Part shown: piece after piece, positions 1 through 10,660 of the stretch
Position numbering within the stretch: the stretch's first letter is position 1
Layout of the letters: each line of letters starts with the position of its first letter
Assembly: GCA_965649825.1 (NCBI GenBank)
Contig: OZ287697.1
Coordinates: 519,535-583,534 of the forward strand
Length of the DNA: 64,000 nt
Source of the DNA: Penicillus capitatus
Taxonomy: Eukaryota; Plantae; Chlorophyta
Direction of reading: 5' to 3'
The notes under the pieces: model-generated
Told to the model about the DNA's origin: nothing
Seen by the model: the letters and a program-made list of their open reading frames with translations, nothing else
Databases searched by the model: none
Translations under genes and position numbers: made by a program

Positions 1-1244
1 TAGGTCTTCGTTTCCGGCCTATCCGATTCCAAGACGGTCAGCAGCGCGTCCAAGATGCCGTTCCTGACCAGCGTTTCCGCCGTGGAGACAGAATGGACGA
101 TCAGCCCTATCACTCTTGCCGTCTGTTCCTGTACGACGCTCTGAGGACTGAGCACCATGAGAATGAGTTGCTGCAGCGGAGCACCCGGCTGTTCCAGAAT
201 CGCATCACAGTTGATTCGGAACTCAGCCAATCGACCAAGAGCGCCAACCATGAGTGGATGCTGACTGGAGCTGCGACTGAAGAGAACAGAGAAGAGTGGA
301 TTGAGCTTTGTACCGCAGGCCAATGCCGTTGTCCCTTCAATCGTCACTTCAAACTGTGAGTAGGAGCTGTCCGACCACACACGCAGATTCATAAGCGACA
401 GCGACCGCAGCTCGTGGCAGACAGAGAGCTCCGGAATGTACTTCAGCGGATTTCCATACAGCTGAAGCGAATGCAGTTTGGGAAACTTTCGCAGATCCAA
501 GACCACCGTCGAGATGCAATTGAACTCCAAATTGAGATCTTGAAGATGACAGCAATCACACAAATCCGCTGCAAGGCCATGCGTATGCTTCTCTCTTCAC
601 AGGAGCGTTGTTTTCTTACTTGGAATGGCAACGAGTTGATTATGATCGGCCACAAAGACTTCCAGATGTTTCAGGTCGCCCAGTTCACGTGGGAGTACCG
701 TGAGGCGATTGTGTGAGAGTCTCAGTTCACGCAGCAGTGCGTAATTGCCCAGAGAGGAAGGTAATGCCACGATTCCAGCATTGACGAGATGCAGCTGCTC
801 TAGGGACTGCCATTGCTGCAGAGGGACAACGGCAGGGAGGAAGAACGGAAATCCTTCGTAGCACTGTACACGCGTCACTGTCGTGAGATCCAAATGGCCG
901 AGCGCCTTCAGAATGTAACGTTCATCGCATGGACTGTTGCCATGGACTCTGGAAAAGGTGAGGCTCTGTAGAATGGGCTGTTCTGTGTGGACGTCAATTT
1001 CGACGGCCACTTGTTGAGGTGTCGTTATCTGTAGACGCACTTCGCATCGTTCGCAGAAGGACGATGCATGGAAATCGCGAAACGACGCTTCGAGTTTTTC
1101 GCGCAGGGCGTTCCATGGCTCCGCTCCATCCCAAGCCACTTCCACCGCAGCGCATTTCTCGCCGTCTTCTTTCGCCTGAAACTCAAGGTCGAGGCGAAAA
1201 GTCGACGGCGGTCCGGTGAGGAAGAGCGAAAAAGAAGATGTCAT
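1..1244 (-). CDS. Phospholipase A I-like protein (LRR + ARM-like region; patatin domain expected beyond the left edge); partial, intron-containing
   Basis: LRRs (LEQLHLVNAGIVALPSSLG, LRELRLSHNRLTVLP, LQDLNLEFNCI, LHSLQLYGNPLKYIPELS) followed by LFSVLFSRSSSQHPLMVGALGRL...QLILMV...VQEQTAR, which resembles plant PLA I. Runs off the window edge. Confidence 0.75.
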
Positions 1245-1376
1245 GTTTTGGAGATGACGTTGCGTTTCCGCAGCTGAACATCGTTTTCGCAGCTTTTCCC
1301 ATTGGAGGCGATTCCGAGCCCAGTGATCCTTCCATTCATGTGGCGGCTGTTCTTTTCTCCGCCGCGTCGTGTCTCT

Positions 1377-1970
1377 ATGGCTCTGAACACAATTGAGCCC
1401 ACGCTGGAGACGGGAGACGTGATGCTGTTCGCAACAACTGGCCCCGACGATTACTTGGCGAGATTAGGATCGTGGCATGCGTCATCTCAAAGCGGTTTTC
1501 TCATACGTCAGCGTCCTGGACTTGAAGGACTACAGCTATGCCACACTTGTCTCAATCAAGGACCGCAGATGGGAACGACACAGCTCATCTCGCTTTCTCA
1601 GTTTTTTAACGAGTCTATGTTCGATACCGTCATCATAAGAAAGCTCCGCGTTCCGCTCAGTAATGACCAGAAACGTCAAGTCGCAGATTTTGCTCAAGAA
1701 AGTGTGGGAACAGAGTCGAGTCACAAAGTCACACTTCTCATGCAACGGATAGATATGCCACTACTCTGTGGATGTTGTCTTTTCTCATCACGATCGATCG
1801 AGCGATTCATTTGCTCCGAGCTCGTCGCCAAGATGCTGTTGAATCTGGAATTGGTTCGTGGGAAAAATAACGAGTATACACCTGTCACATCATCGCGAGA
1901 TGGTCGAAGGATTTGTGATTCAACACTTTACGAATCGTCCATTATTGTGCAGAGGGCCCAAAATGTGTGA
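1377..1970 (+). CDS. Permuted papain-like (NlpC/P60, YiiX/YebB-type) protein
   Basis: N-terminal LETGDVMLF and C-terminal FICSELVAK motifs in permuted order. Single exon. The expected catalytic His position reads SSQSG. Confidence 0.6.
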   Translation: MALNTIEPTLETGDVMLFATTGPDDYLARLGSWHASSQSGFLIRQRPGLEGLQLCHTCLNQGPQMGTTQLISLSQFFNESMFDTVIIRKLRVPLSNDQKRQVADFAQESVGTESSHKVTLLMQRIDMPLLCGCCLFSSRSIERFICSELVAKMLLNLELVRGKNNEYTPVTSSRDGRRICDSTLYESSIIVQRAQNV

Positions 1971-2058
1971 GCCATATATAATCAAAATCCCTTTCCCCCT
2001 CACTCAGGAATTATTTGCACATTGAGACAACATCTGTTGTGTAAAGGTCTGCCTGTCT

Positions 2059-2343
2059 CTATTTGATCCAGGACAACTTCATGTCGTCTTCGTCGAAATC
2101 GTCTGGAAATTCGTTGAAGAAATCGTGGTCGACGAGAAGCTCCTTCTGAAGTTCTTTGGGGTCGTCGGCACCGCCAACACCGACGCTACGTCCTCCGAAA
2201 TGCGATTTCTCTTGACCGGCTAAGAAATGGTCGATTTCGAATTTCGAGCCGCCGCCACTTCCGCCGCCATTCCATGCACGATGGTCCATTCCATCGTCTT
2301 CGTCCGAATGAACGTGTGCGCTCGTTCCAGGCGTTCGTGACAT
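2059..2343 (-). CDS. CSN9: COP9 signalosome subunit 9 (CSNAP/MYEOV2)-like small acidic protein
   Basis: 94-aa ORF ending KELLVDHDFFNEFPDDFDEDDMK, matching the CSNAP F/D-rich C-terminal motif (DFFNDFEDLFDDDD). Confidence 0.65.
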   Translation of the reverse strand: MSRTPGTSAHVHSDEDDGMDHRAWNGGGSGGGSKFEIDHFLAGQEKSHFGGRSVGVGGADDPKELQKELLVDHDFFNEFPDDFDEDDMKLSWIK

Positions 2344-2403
2344 TGTTAAACAAAATGCGTCGAATGAATAGACGGACGGTCTGCTAAACAATCGATAAGA
2401 TAT

Positions 2404-3514
2404 TCATTGTTGGTGATGTTGAATGAACTGGACGACTTGATCACGCACCATCCAGACGATCGCCTGTCCAGGAGGAATACGCATCAGACGCGGAATCAGG
2501 CCTTTCCACAATGCCCGAAGGCCTTCCTCTCGTGGAATGGTCACAAGAGCATGGATCAGTCCACGATAACGATGTGTCCCTGCCTTCTCTTGTGCCATCA
2601 GACGGGTCTTGACCACGTCGAAGGGACCGGTGAGCACCGGACCGAGGCATCCGGCGAACAGACCCGAAACGAGAGACTGCCAGGAAGCGAGTTTTTTCCC
2701 ATCCCCTTCTCGGATGTCCCACAGATAATGATCCCATAACGGTTTGGTGAAGAAGAGGGACATCTGATTCGTTCCATTGCGGAGAACGGTTGGCGATGCA
2801 CCCTTCCATAAACCAAATACCCCTTCTTCTTTCACAATCAGACGAGCCGCATGGACAGGGCCCTAAACAAGGCATCGATCAGCGCCGCCACAAAACGAGT
2901 ACTCCCGATGCACTTTGTATTTGAGCATCTCCTTCTGGAGGCCCTTTTGTTTTTGAAGAGCGATTTTGATAACTTCAAATGGCGTCACGATGGCCAAAGC
3001 TTCGACAACACCAGCTCCCATCCCAGCCCCCAATCGACCAAAATGCGAAAGAGATCCATCTCGGGATCGAAACATGTCTTCGAACATGGCGTTCGATCCA
3101 AATCGAATGGCATATTTACAGAACAGATGTGTGGCAAACGGCGTCAGGCCTTTCCATAGAGCACGTATCCCTTCTTCGTGCGCCACTGTCTGGAAACAAT
3201 GCCGAATTCCTTAACAGAGACGCGTCGTCTCGCGGTCCCTCTCGAGTTCTGATGTGACCTTTGTATTTTCCTGTATGATCCAATTGTATTCGGGTTTTAA
3301 CCACGTCAATAGGTTGTAGGCAACATGCCTCGACGGCTCCACCAATGGAACCTATGTGGGAGGGAGGGTCACATGCTATGAGGTTGTTGGTGTCATGATG
3401 ACCTCCGAGGGCTTTGGCAACGGTGGACGGAATACGGGACCATATCCAATGCTTATGGGCAATGAGAGACGCAGGTGTCGCGTCTGATGTCTTCTGCGTG
3501 AAGGTCGTCGTCAT
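2404..3514 (-). CDS. SFC1: Mitochondrial succinate/fumarate carrier
   Basis: GSIGGAVEACCLQPIDVVKTRIQLD, LWKGLTPFATHL, IVTPFEVIKI, TGPFDVVKTRLMAQ and RLMRIPPGQAI closely match plant SFC1. Short introns. Confidence 0.92.
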
Positions 3515-4004
3515 GCAACGCCCGTCGAGACGTCACGTTGTTCAATATTCTGTCAAGCGAGAAACTGCCGGAATCGCGACGGAAACGACCTCCGAAATCG
3601 CTCGCGACAGAGGAATGCGTTCACAGCGACAACGACAGAAATAATGATCAAGAATACACGATGATGCGACAGACACTGTTTGTTTTCCATGTGGCAAAAC
3701 ACCCAAGACTTACACAGCATCTTACAGCTCAGCAGAGATCTTGTCTCCTGCGCTCTGCCACATAAGAATCTGTCTGGGCTAAGAAAATGCATCAGATAAT
3801 GGCGCCATTCTCCACCAGCTGATGTACCCTGGTGAAAATTCCTCATGCTCTCTCCACGCAAGGGCAGTTGCGAAGAGTTCTATACAAGATTCGCAACAAT
3901 GTGCTGTTCGAGTTGAGCTCAGATGCTCGTTGCAAGAAGGGTAACGGTGTTCCTTGTGAAGAAGAGAAGTGTCGTGCTGAATAGAGTCGATATGTGTGTG
4001 CAGC

Positions 4005-5643
4005 ATGACGACGCCATCGATGATGGATCTATCCACGGCATCCTCCATTTCTGTTCGATTGATCATAACCAGCAGCTCAGATGATTCGTCTGCAAGAATA
4101 TGCACGGCAGCGGATTGTGAAAGATGCCACCCAGATCCGTCAGTGCCTCTCGAATTCGATGACTCTTTGACGTCTCCTATCGTCGTATCGAACATGCAAA
4201 CACCGAATTCACCTTCGATCGTTCTGACGCCGATAAGTGAAGAATCCGAAAAAGTCGTGATCTATTTGCGTGTCCCTTGGCCTCGCCCCTTCCTTCGACA
4301 CTCGATCAAGGGCGGTGTGTGGCAACAAGTCCCCTTCCAGCAAGTAACCAACCCTGTTCCGCTGTCGAGAAGGCGTCGGGAGCGTTCTCCAGATACGCGA
4401 CAGCGGTTGGCATGTACTGACGGTCGACATAGACGGCGAAGAAAACACCCAATCCAAAACGATCCCCCTTCTGGCATTCGCCATCACAGACCAAAATGGT
4501 TCATGGCAAAGACCCATGAGCGGTGCAGCCTCCGTTTCCAAGTGTGGTCGCGCCGTCTATATTCTCTTTGTGGCAGGGGGCAATTACACCATCAACTCCT
4601 CTGGATCCTATTCGATTGAAGGAGGCATGATAATATCCCTTCATTTGAAGCCATTGATGCTGGTCAGCGATTTGGATGGCACCATGGTCGGTGATGATGT
4701 CGCAACGATGGCATTCCGACGCTTCTGGAGGAGACACAAAGCAGTAACGGATTCCGTTCTTGTTTACAACACTGGCAGGTTATGCACTGTCTCTATGCGT
4801 TGCAGCTTCTTGAGTGCTGCTGTCACTTCAGGAGCTTAGCGTCCTTTCTTCGACTACTTGACAAGAAAATGAACTGCCTTGACATTCCAGATGCTCTTGT
4901 CTGTGCTGTTGGAACCAAGATTTATTCGTATCGTCTTGGAGAATGGTTGGAGGATAAGGCTTGGACACAGCAGCTCACCGAGGCATGGGATCTCAAAACG
5001 GTTCAAGATGCAACGCGGAACGTCCTCGAGTCAGCAGGATCTGAAAACCTGTGCTTTAGGTATGACGGTACCATCTCTGTGTGATCTTTTAGGCAATACT
5101 CCGTTCTGTAGGTCGACAGCAGAGCAGAATGAACACAAAGTCACCTGCAACGTCAAGAAGACGATATTGAACAGTGTGGTGCAACACATACGGGAGAACT
5201 TGGATGCGCTTCATGTTCAAGCAAATTTCATTTCCAGTGGCGTCGGGGAATGGAGGTGTGCACAGATAGATGGCGATGTTTCACTGTAATTGGCTGAGTT
5301 TATGTCAACAGGGTTCTTGACATTGTTTCCAAGAACGCTGGCAAGCTCGAAGCCCTGGAACATATCCGAAGGAAGTACAACTTCGAACATGGACAGACGG
5401 TGGCATGTGGAGACTCTGGAAACGACATTCTGATGCTCTCAGGTCGTATAAGAGGACTAGTTGTACACCTAATCCTTCGGTTCTTTAGGGCAGAATCTGG
5501 CCATCGTCGTTGGCAACGCCCAGTCTGATTTGTTGGAGTGGGTGAAAGCGGAACAGCAAGATGCCGACGAACGGCTGTATCTCACTAAGCGACATAAGGC
5601 CTACGGAATTCTGGAAGGATTGAAGAGATTTGGATTCTATTGA
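4005..5643 (+). CDS. SPP: Sucrose-phosphatase-like HAD IIB hydrolase with N-terminal CBM25/26-like module
   Basis: HAD motifs LVSDLDGTMVG, VYNTGR, GKLEAL, CGDSGNDILML, IVVGNA. Upstream exons give VIYLRVPWPRPFLRHSIKGGVW and LAFAITDQNGSWQRPMSGGNYTINSSGSYSIEGG. Start codon uncertain. Confidence 0.8.
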
Positions 5644-6704
5644 GAGAATTGAAGCAATGTCGTTCTCGTGATTCAGAAGGTCACTCCGAAGACAGTGCAG
5701 AGGAAGTACATCGTTTTGTTTTCCCAACGCACTGTCTGGTTACCGTCTGTCGAATTATCTAAACAGCAAGACATTCCACTTTGTAGAGAGACATGCTCTG
5801 CTTCCACATTACCACACTTGCCTCTCTCGCCACTGAAGAAACCTGCGTGGCAAATCAATTAAGGCGCCGAAGCCATCGAAAATTATAAATGCAGCAGAAT
5901 TTTGGTCGGAGATGGATCTTTGATAGCTTCTTCGATCGATTGTATTTCGAGGTTCGCTTCGTAACGAAAGTCGTGACACAATTCATCGACTCTTAAACAA
6001 CACAACGGATCTTCTTTTGCTGTACTTTTGGCCTTTTATAAACTGATCTTCATCATTTTCTACTGACGGCCGCATCTCCTCGCCTCTTTGTGCAAGGCAG
6101 GTAGCATGTGATTCTACTGAAGGGATGAAAGGATGTTACACTGCTATATTCAAAGTGAGCAGCTGTAGGGATCTCCGTTTCAGATCGAAGACACTTTGAC
6201 GGTGTGTATATTCTATCCAGTCGTTGTTTCTAGTCTCCTTTTCGCTCGTAGACTTCTCCATGGCGCACGATTTCGGTGGACTATCGGAAAATACCATGCG
6301 GATAAGGATGAATAAGGACTGACTGGTACACTCACCCCCGCGATTCTGTCCATACATCTTCGTTTCCTCTCACGTCGAACGCCACGATCACTGTCTGTCT
6401 TCTCCGCGTAATCCAATAGCACAGAATCCGTTTTGTCTTCCTTTGATTCCTTATGCGATGTACAGAGGCGCGCTTTCGAGACTCACACACAGGACGGCAT
6501 CGCCCTCCACCTTGTCGCCGTCCCGATCTCCTTTCTTTCTATCCTCGTTGTTTATCATCATAGCCTTCGGATGGTCTGGTGGCGGGGATTGGGAGTCTGA
6601 AGGTGACATGAAGCCAAAACGGGCGATTTTGCACCTTATGCTGGTGTCGACATGACGCGCTGAATGGCATTGCGGTTAATGGTCCTGATGACGAGCCAAG
6701 GGTG

Positions 6705-8681
6705 ATGACTTCTCGCAGCGGCATCTCTTCCACGCGTTATAAACGTCACTCGGCCGACAGTGACGCTCTTCTGACAAAAAGACTACGTTTTACGATGGCA
6801 GAAAATGGCAGTACCTCTGCCCAACCGCACTTGGACGTATCGGACCCGGACTTCGACCCTCCCCGACTTGGCGAACGCAACTGGATTGACCGGGCGGAAT
6901 ATCTCCGTCTCATCACCCAGTCATTGAATGACTTGGGCTACGCGCGACTCGCGACGGAACTCGAGATGGAGTCCAACGTTCGACACGAAGAACAAAATGT
7001 TGTCGAACTGCGTTTGGCTGTCTTCCATGGTGACTGGGACAAAGCTCTGGACCTGCTTGAGAACGTTCAGCTCGATTGTGACGTTGATAGACGACGTGCT
7101 CGGTTCCTTTTGCTTGAAGAGAAGTTTTTAGAAGTGCATCTCCACGATGCATCCGTCCATGCCACGAGATGTTTGCCTTCTTAGTCCGTGGAAAAGAGAG
7201 AATGGAAAACGGCATTGAGCTATCTGCGATTGGAAATGGCTCCATTGAACGTCAATACAGAGCGTCTGCATGTGCTAGCTTCTTGTCTCCTGTGCCCGAC
7301 TGTTGAAGATTTAAAAGGCGTGGCTCAGTGGGATGGCCCGACAGAAGCGACAAGAGACAAAGTGCTGCAACGTCTGCAGGTAAGGAGACGTTGAAGAAAG
7401 GCATGACCTCACGAGTGCCGATCTCAATGCAGGGCATCGTGCCAGCTCATGTGATGCTGCCTCAGAGACGTTTACTAGGATTACTGGAGCAGGCCATACA
7501 GGCACAAATGGAGAACTGTGTATTTCATAACTCCGCTCACGCAACGCCTTCGCTCTTTGTGGACTACGCTGTGGGAATGGAACAGATACCGACGGAAGTG
7601 ATCCATGAGTTATGTGATCACATGGACGAAGTGTGGCACGTTCAGTTCAGCCATGATGGCAAATCCTTGGCCTCATGTTCACAAGACGGTGTGAGCATCA
7701 TCTGGGAAGTCAGAATATCACCCAGAACCCTTGCATCTCTCAATCTCTCTTTCAGGTGCGGAGTCGCGAAGTGATTACGAAGAAACTGGAGCTGAGTGGC
7801 CACGAAGGAGCGGTGATGTATTTAGCATGGAGTCCAGATGACAAATACTTGGCGACGACCAGTGAGAAACACATCGTCTGTAAAACAAAAACGTGTGAGG
7901 GTTCTCAGGCCAGGATTCCACTTTGAGAGTATGGGATACCAACACGGGTGAGTGTTTTCGGATCATCTCGGATCATGCGGATCACGTGACATCCATGGGT
8001 TGGATGCCGGACAGCAAGCGGTTTATCAGCGGATCCAGAGATCAGACACTGGTGTGCCATTTCATGTGAAGAACAAACAAACCCTGAGAGAGTGATGTGC
8101 AGCATATGTGGAATCTGGAGGGCAAGAAGTTGAGAACTTGGACAATGTCTCGAGTTCAAGATCTCGTTGTATCGAAGGCTGGCGATCGATTGATTGCCGT
8201 GGGGAGCGACAAGAAGATCAAGATGTTTGATTTGGGAGGTTCAGAGAAGACAGCCTCTATTGACTGCGACACGTCTGTCAGTGCTATCACGCTATCGAAC
8301 GATGGACTTAAGCTCTTGGCCAGTACCCAGAGTCGCGAGATTCATCTGTGGGAACTCAATCCTGATCTGAATGGTCCTCAGCCAGAACAACCGAAGAAAC
8401 GTTACAAGCTTCCGTACCTTGTCACTGAAGATCAGAAATACATCATTCGGACGTGTTTCGGTGGACACAATGAAGCCTTTGTGTTGAGCGGATCAGAAGA
8501 GTGCAAAGTTTATATGTGGCACAGACGATCTGAGAAACTGGTTGCGTCATTGGAGGGGCATTCAGGACTGGTGAATTCCGTGAGCTGGAATCCGGTTGAC
8601 CCTTTCATGTTTGCCTCAGCAAGCGATGACAAATCCGTTCAGATTTGGATGACGAAAGCTAAAACGAATACTCAGTGGTGA
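6705..8681 (+). CDS. WDR26: WD repeat protein 26 (LisH/CTLH + WD40; GID/CTLH complex)
   Basis: EYLRLITQSLNDLGY (LisH), RFLLLEEKFLE (CTLH), PQRRLLGLLEQA, HMDEVWHVQFSHDG, YIIRTCFGG, LEGHSGLVNSVSWNP. Confidence 0.9.
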
Positions 8682-9847
8682 CCCATAAGGCTACTATACA
8701 TTGTGTAGCTTCTCTTGTGCTCTACATTCCATGTTTGAGAAAAACACATGCTGATACTATCGTCCGTTCAAAAGTTACGTGTTTGAGGATGGTGCTGTGA
8801 TATGGCGAAGCGAGATTTATAATCGCGAGCGCTATTCTTCGATACTCTGTTCTTCGGAACATTTCTGCTGCTTGAAATCTCTGTGGTGGATCGGCAGATT
8901 GGTCTTCAGAAGATAAAATCGATATACAGTGATGATTCTATGGTGCAATGACGATGGTGAACCGATCGCGCGTGAAGTCGAAATCCGTTGGACCTGCATC
9001 TAATAACGCAATCTACGTGGATATGCGCTATGCCGGGCAAGTGAACTGGTGCAGCGAACAACGGAGCTATCTCCGGCCGTGCTTATCAAGTCGATCCTAT
9101 AATTAGGTCGAAGTTGGTGCAATCCCTGGCCATCGGAGAAATGGCAATAGCAACATCAACCTTGTGGCGCCGCCTTGAATTTTGAAAACGAGGATTCCGA
9201 TCACTTTTGCGAGAAAGAAGTAGCGGTGCACAGAAAAAAAAAACTTCGACGACCCGCCATCATGCGACTCGAGATATACTGTCCTTTACCTCACGTATAG
9301 TTGAAGCTGGTAACCAAAGGATTCACTTGAACACTTCATGAGCAGGACGGGCGCTCTTAGAAATACAGATCGCTATACGAGCGCGTACACTAGCTCAAAT
9401 GTAGTCGAGAACGACTTGGGAACAAAGCAAGACGTAAGGTGGATTCAATAAAAGATTCAACATACCAACTTTGAGATTTCTCAACTTACGTCGCGTTTTT
9501 ACTCAGTTTTCGTCGGCTTAAGGGGTCAAAGGTGAAAAGGACAAAAGTTTTTGTCCGGGTGGTGATGACCCTATCGTCGGCCCCCGAACTCAGCGCGACG
9601 TTGTCCTTTCCCCGCCGTAACCCATCCAACTCGGCGCGGGCTCGCCAGACTCAACCGGGTCAACTCTGATGGGACACCCTCCTCTGAGTCCGGCGCAGGA
9701 ATCGAACCCCCGCGGTCGTACTTCTCGAACTGGTCCAACTGCACCATCCGCATTCGGGTCGATCCCCACAGTCGAGAAGACGCCGTCGCCAACTTATGCG
9801 CACCCCTGACGACTCTCCCGAGCACTTCCTGACGACTTTGCGGCCGT

Positions 9848-9979
9848 TGTCGTGTTCGTTGACGGACAACGGGTTGACGACGAAGGCGTATAGCTTACAA
9901 AGACTATTTGTACAATGATTGTAAGAATTTATATAATCCTTTGGACAGCTGCACGAAGGTGGACAGCTGTCCACTGACA
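9848..9979 (-). repeat. TRIM 3' LTR (132 bp)
   Basis: Identical to 10529-10660. TGTC...GACA termini. On the minus strand it carries TATATAA and a TGTAA motif. Confidence 0.95.
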
Positions 9980-10292
9980 TGTGCCCACCCCCTTTCCGTT
10001 GTGCAGACTCCGAATAATGCGAACGGAACACATTTCACGATAGTCGGGATGTCATCAGGCTGGCCAGGAGTCGAACCAGGGCCATCGTCACGTGGCTTCT
10101 CCCTCTGCGGCCCATTCGCCGCAGCTTTGTAGCTCTTACGTCTCTGAGACTTCAGCGCCGACTCTGGAAATTCGAACCGTACTTCACAGCGACAACACGT
10201 CCGTGGTGACCCAAATAGAAAACGTAAACACGGACAAAGTAACAACGAACGTAAACACAACAATGCGCAACAGCACGCTTATCGCAGCGTGA

Positions 10293-10411
10293 AACTGAAA
10301 CGCAGCAACTCGGACGGTGGAACTGAAACACAACAACTCGGACGGTGGAACTGAAACTTAGCAGCTCGGACGGTGGAAGGTGGAACTGAAACACAGCAGC
10401 TCGGACGATGG
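10293..10411. repeat. 28-bp tandem repeat x4 inside the TRIM
   Basis: Unit AACTGAAACRCARCARCTCGGACGGTGG at 10293, 10321, 10349 and 10384. Confidence 0.9.
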
Positions 10412-10528
10412 AACGAACTACAGACTGCAGGTGGTAGGTAAAACGCTGTCACAACGGTCGTGTCTTGGAAAGTCTTCAGTCTTCGATGACGGGATTCTAT
10501 CGCCGGAATCTTTGTCGCTCCGAAACCA

Positions 10529-10660
10529 TGTCGTGTTCGTTGACGGACAACGGGTTGACGACGAAGGCGTATAGCTTACAAAGACTATTTGTACAATGAT
10601 TGTAAGAATTTATATAATCCTTTGGACAGCTGCACGAAGGTGGACAGCTGTCCACTGACA
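10529..10660 (-). repeat. TRIM 5' LTR (132 bp)
   Basis: Identical to 9848-9979. Directly followed by the PBS on the minus strand. Confidence 0.95.

Larger units (their letters stand above)
9848..10660 (-). mobile_element. TRIM (non-autonomous miniature LTR retrotransposon), 813 bp
   Basis: Two identical 132-bp TG...CA LTRs, 4-bp TSD CCGT (9844-9847 and 10661-10664), PBS TGGTTTCGGAGC on the minus strand next to the 10529 boundary, PPT GGAAAGGGGGTGGG (9984-9997). The empty site is visible in copy 2 at 15229-15232. Confidence 0.93.

Noticed and set aside
3553-4541. Minus-strand ORFs (102-138 aa)
   Set aside because: Antisense shadows of the CBM-SPP gene and intergenic DNA. Most other short ORFs in the track are likewise shadows or intron read-through.
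9590-9710. Functional 5S rRNA gene
   Set aside because: Only motif islands match. The GGATGGG arm cannot form the canonical helix IV and no terminal helix I is evident, so it is treated as 5S-like or derived.
9690-9755. Functional tRNA gene
   Set aside because: A and B boxes are present but only 26 nt apart, the T stem is mismatched and there is no acceptor stem.
9571-9825. 84-aa ORF (and its 100-aa twin at 14956-15258)
   Set aside because: Lies wholly within the structured repeat element. No protein motif, and identical because the DNA is duplicated.
10293-10411. CRISPR-like 28-bp repeats
   Set aside because: Head-to-tail with no unique spacers, inside a TRIM, in a eukaryotic genome with no cas genes.
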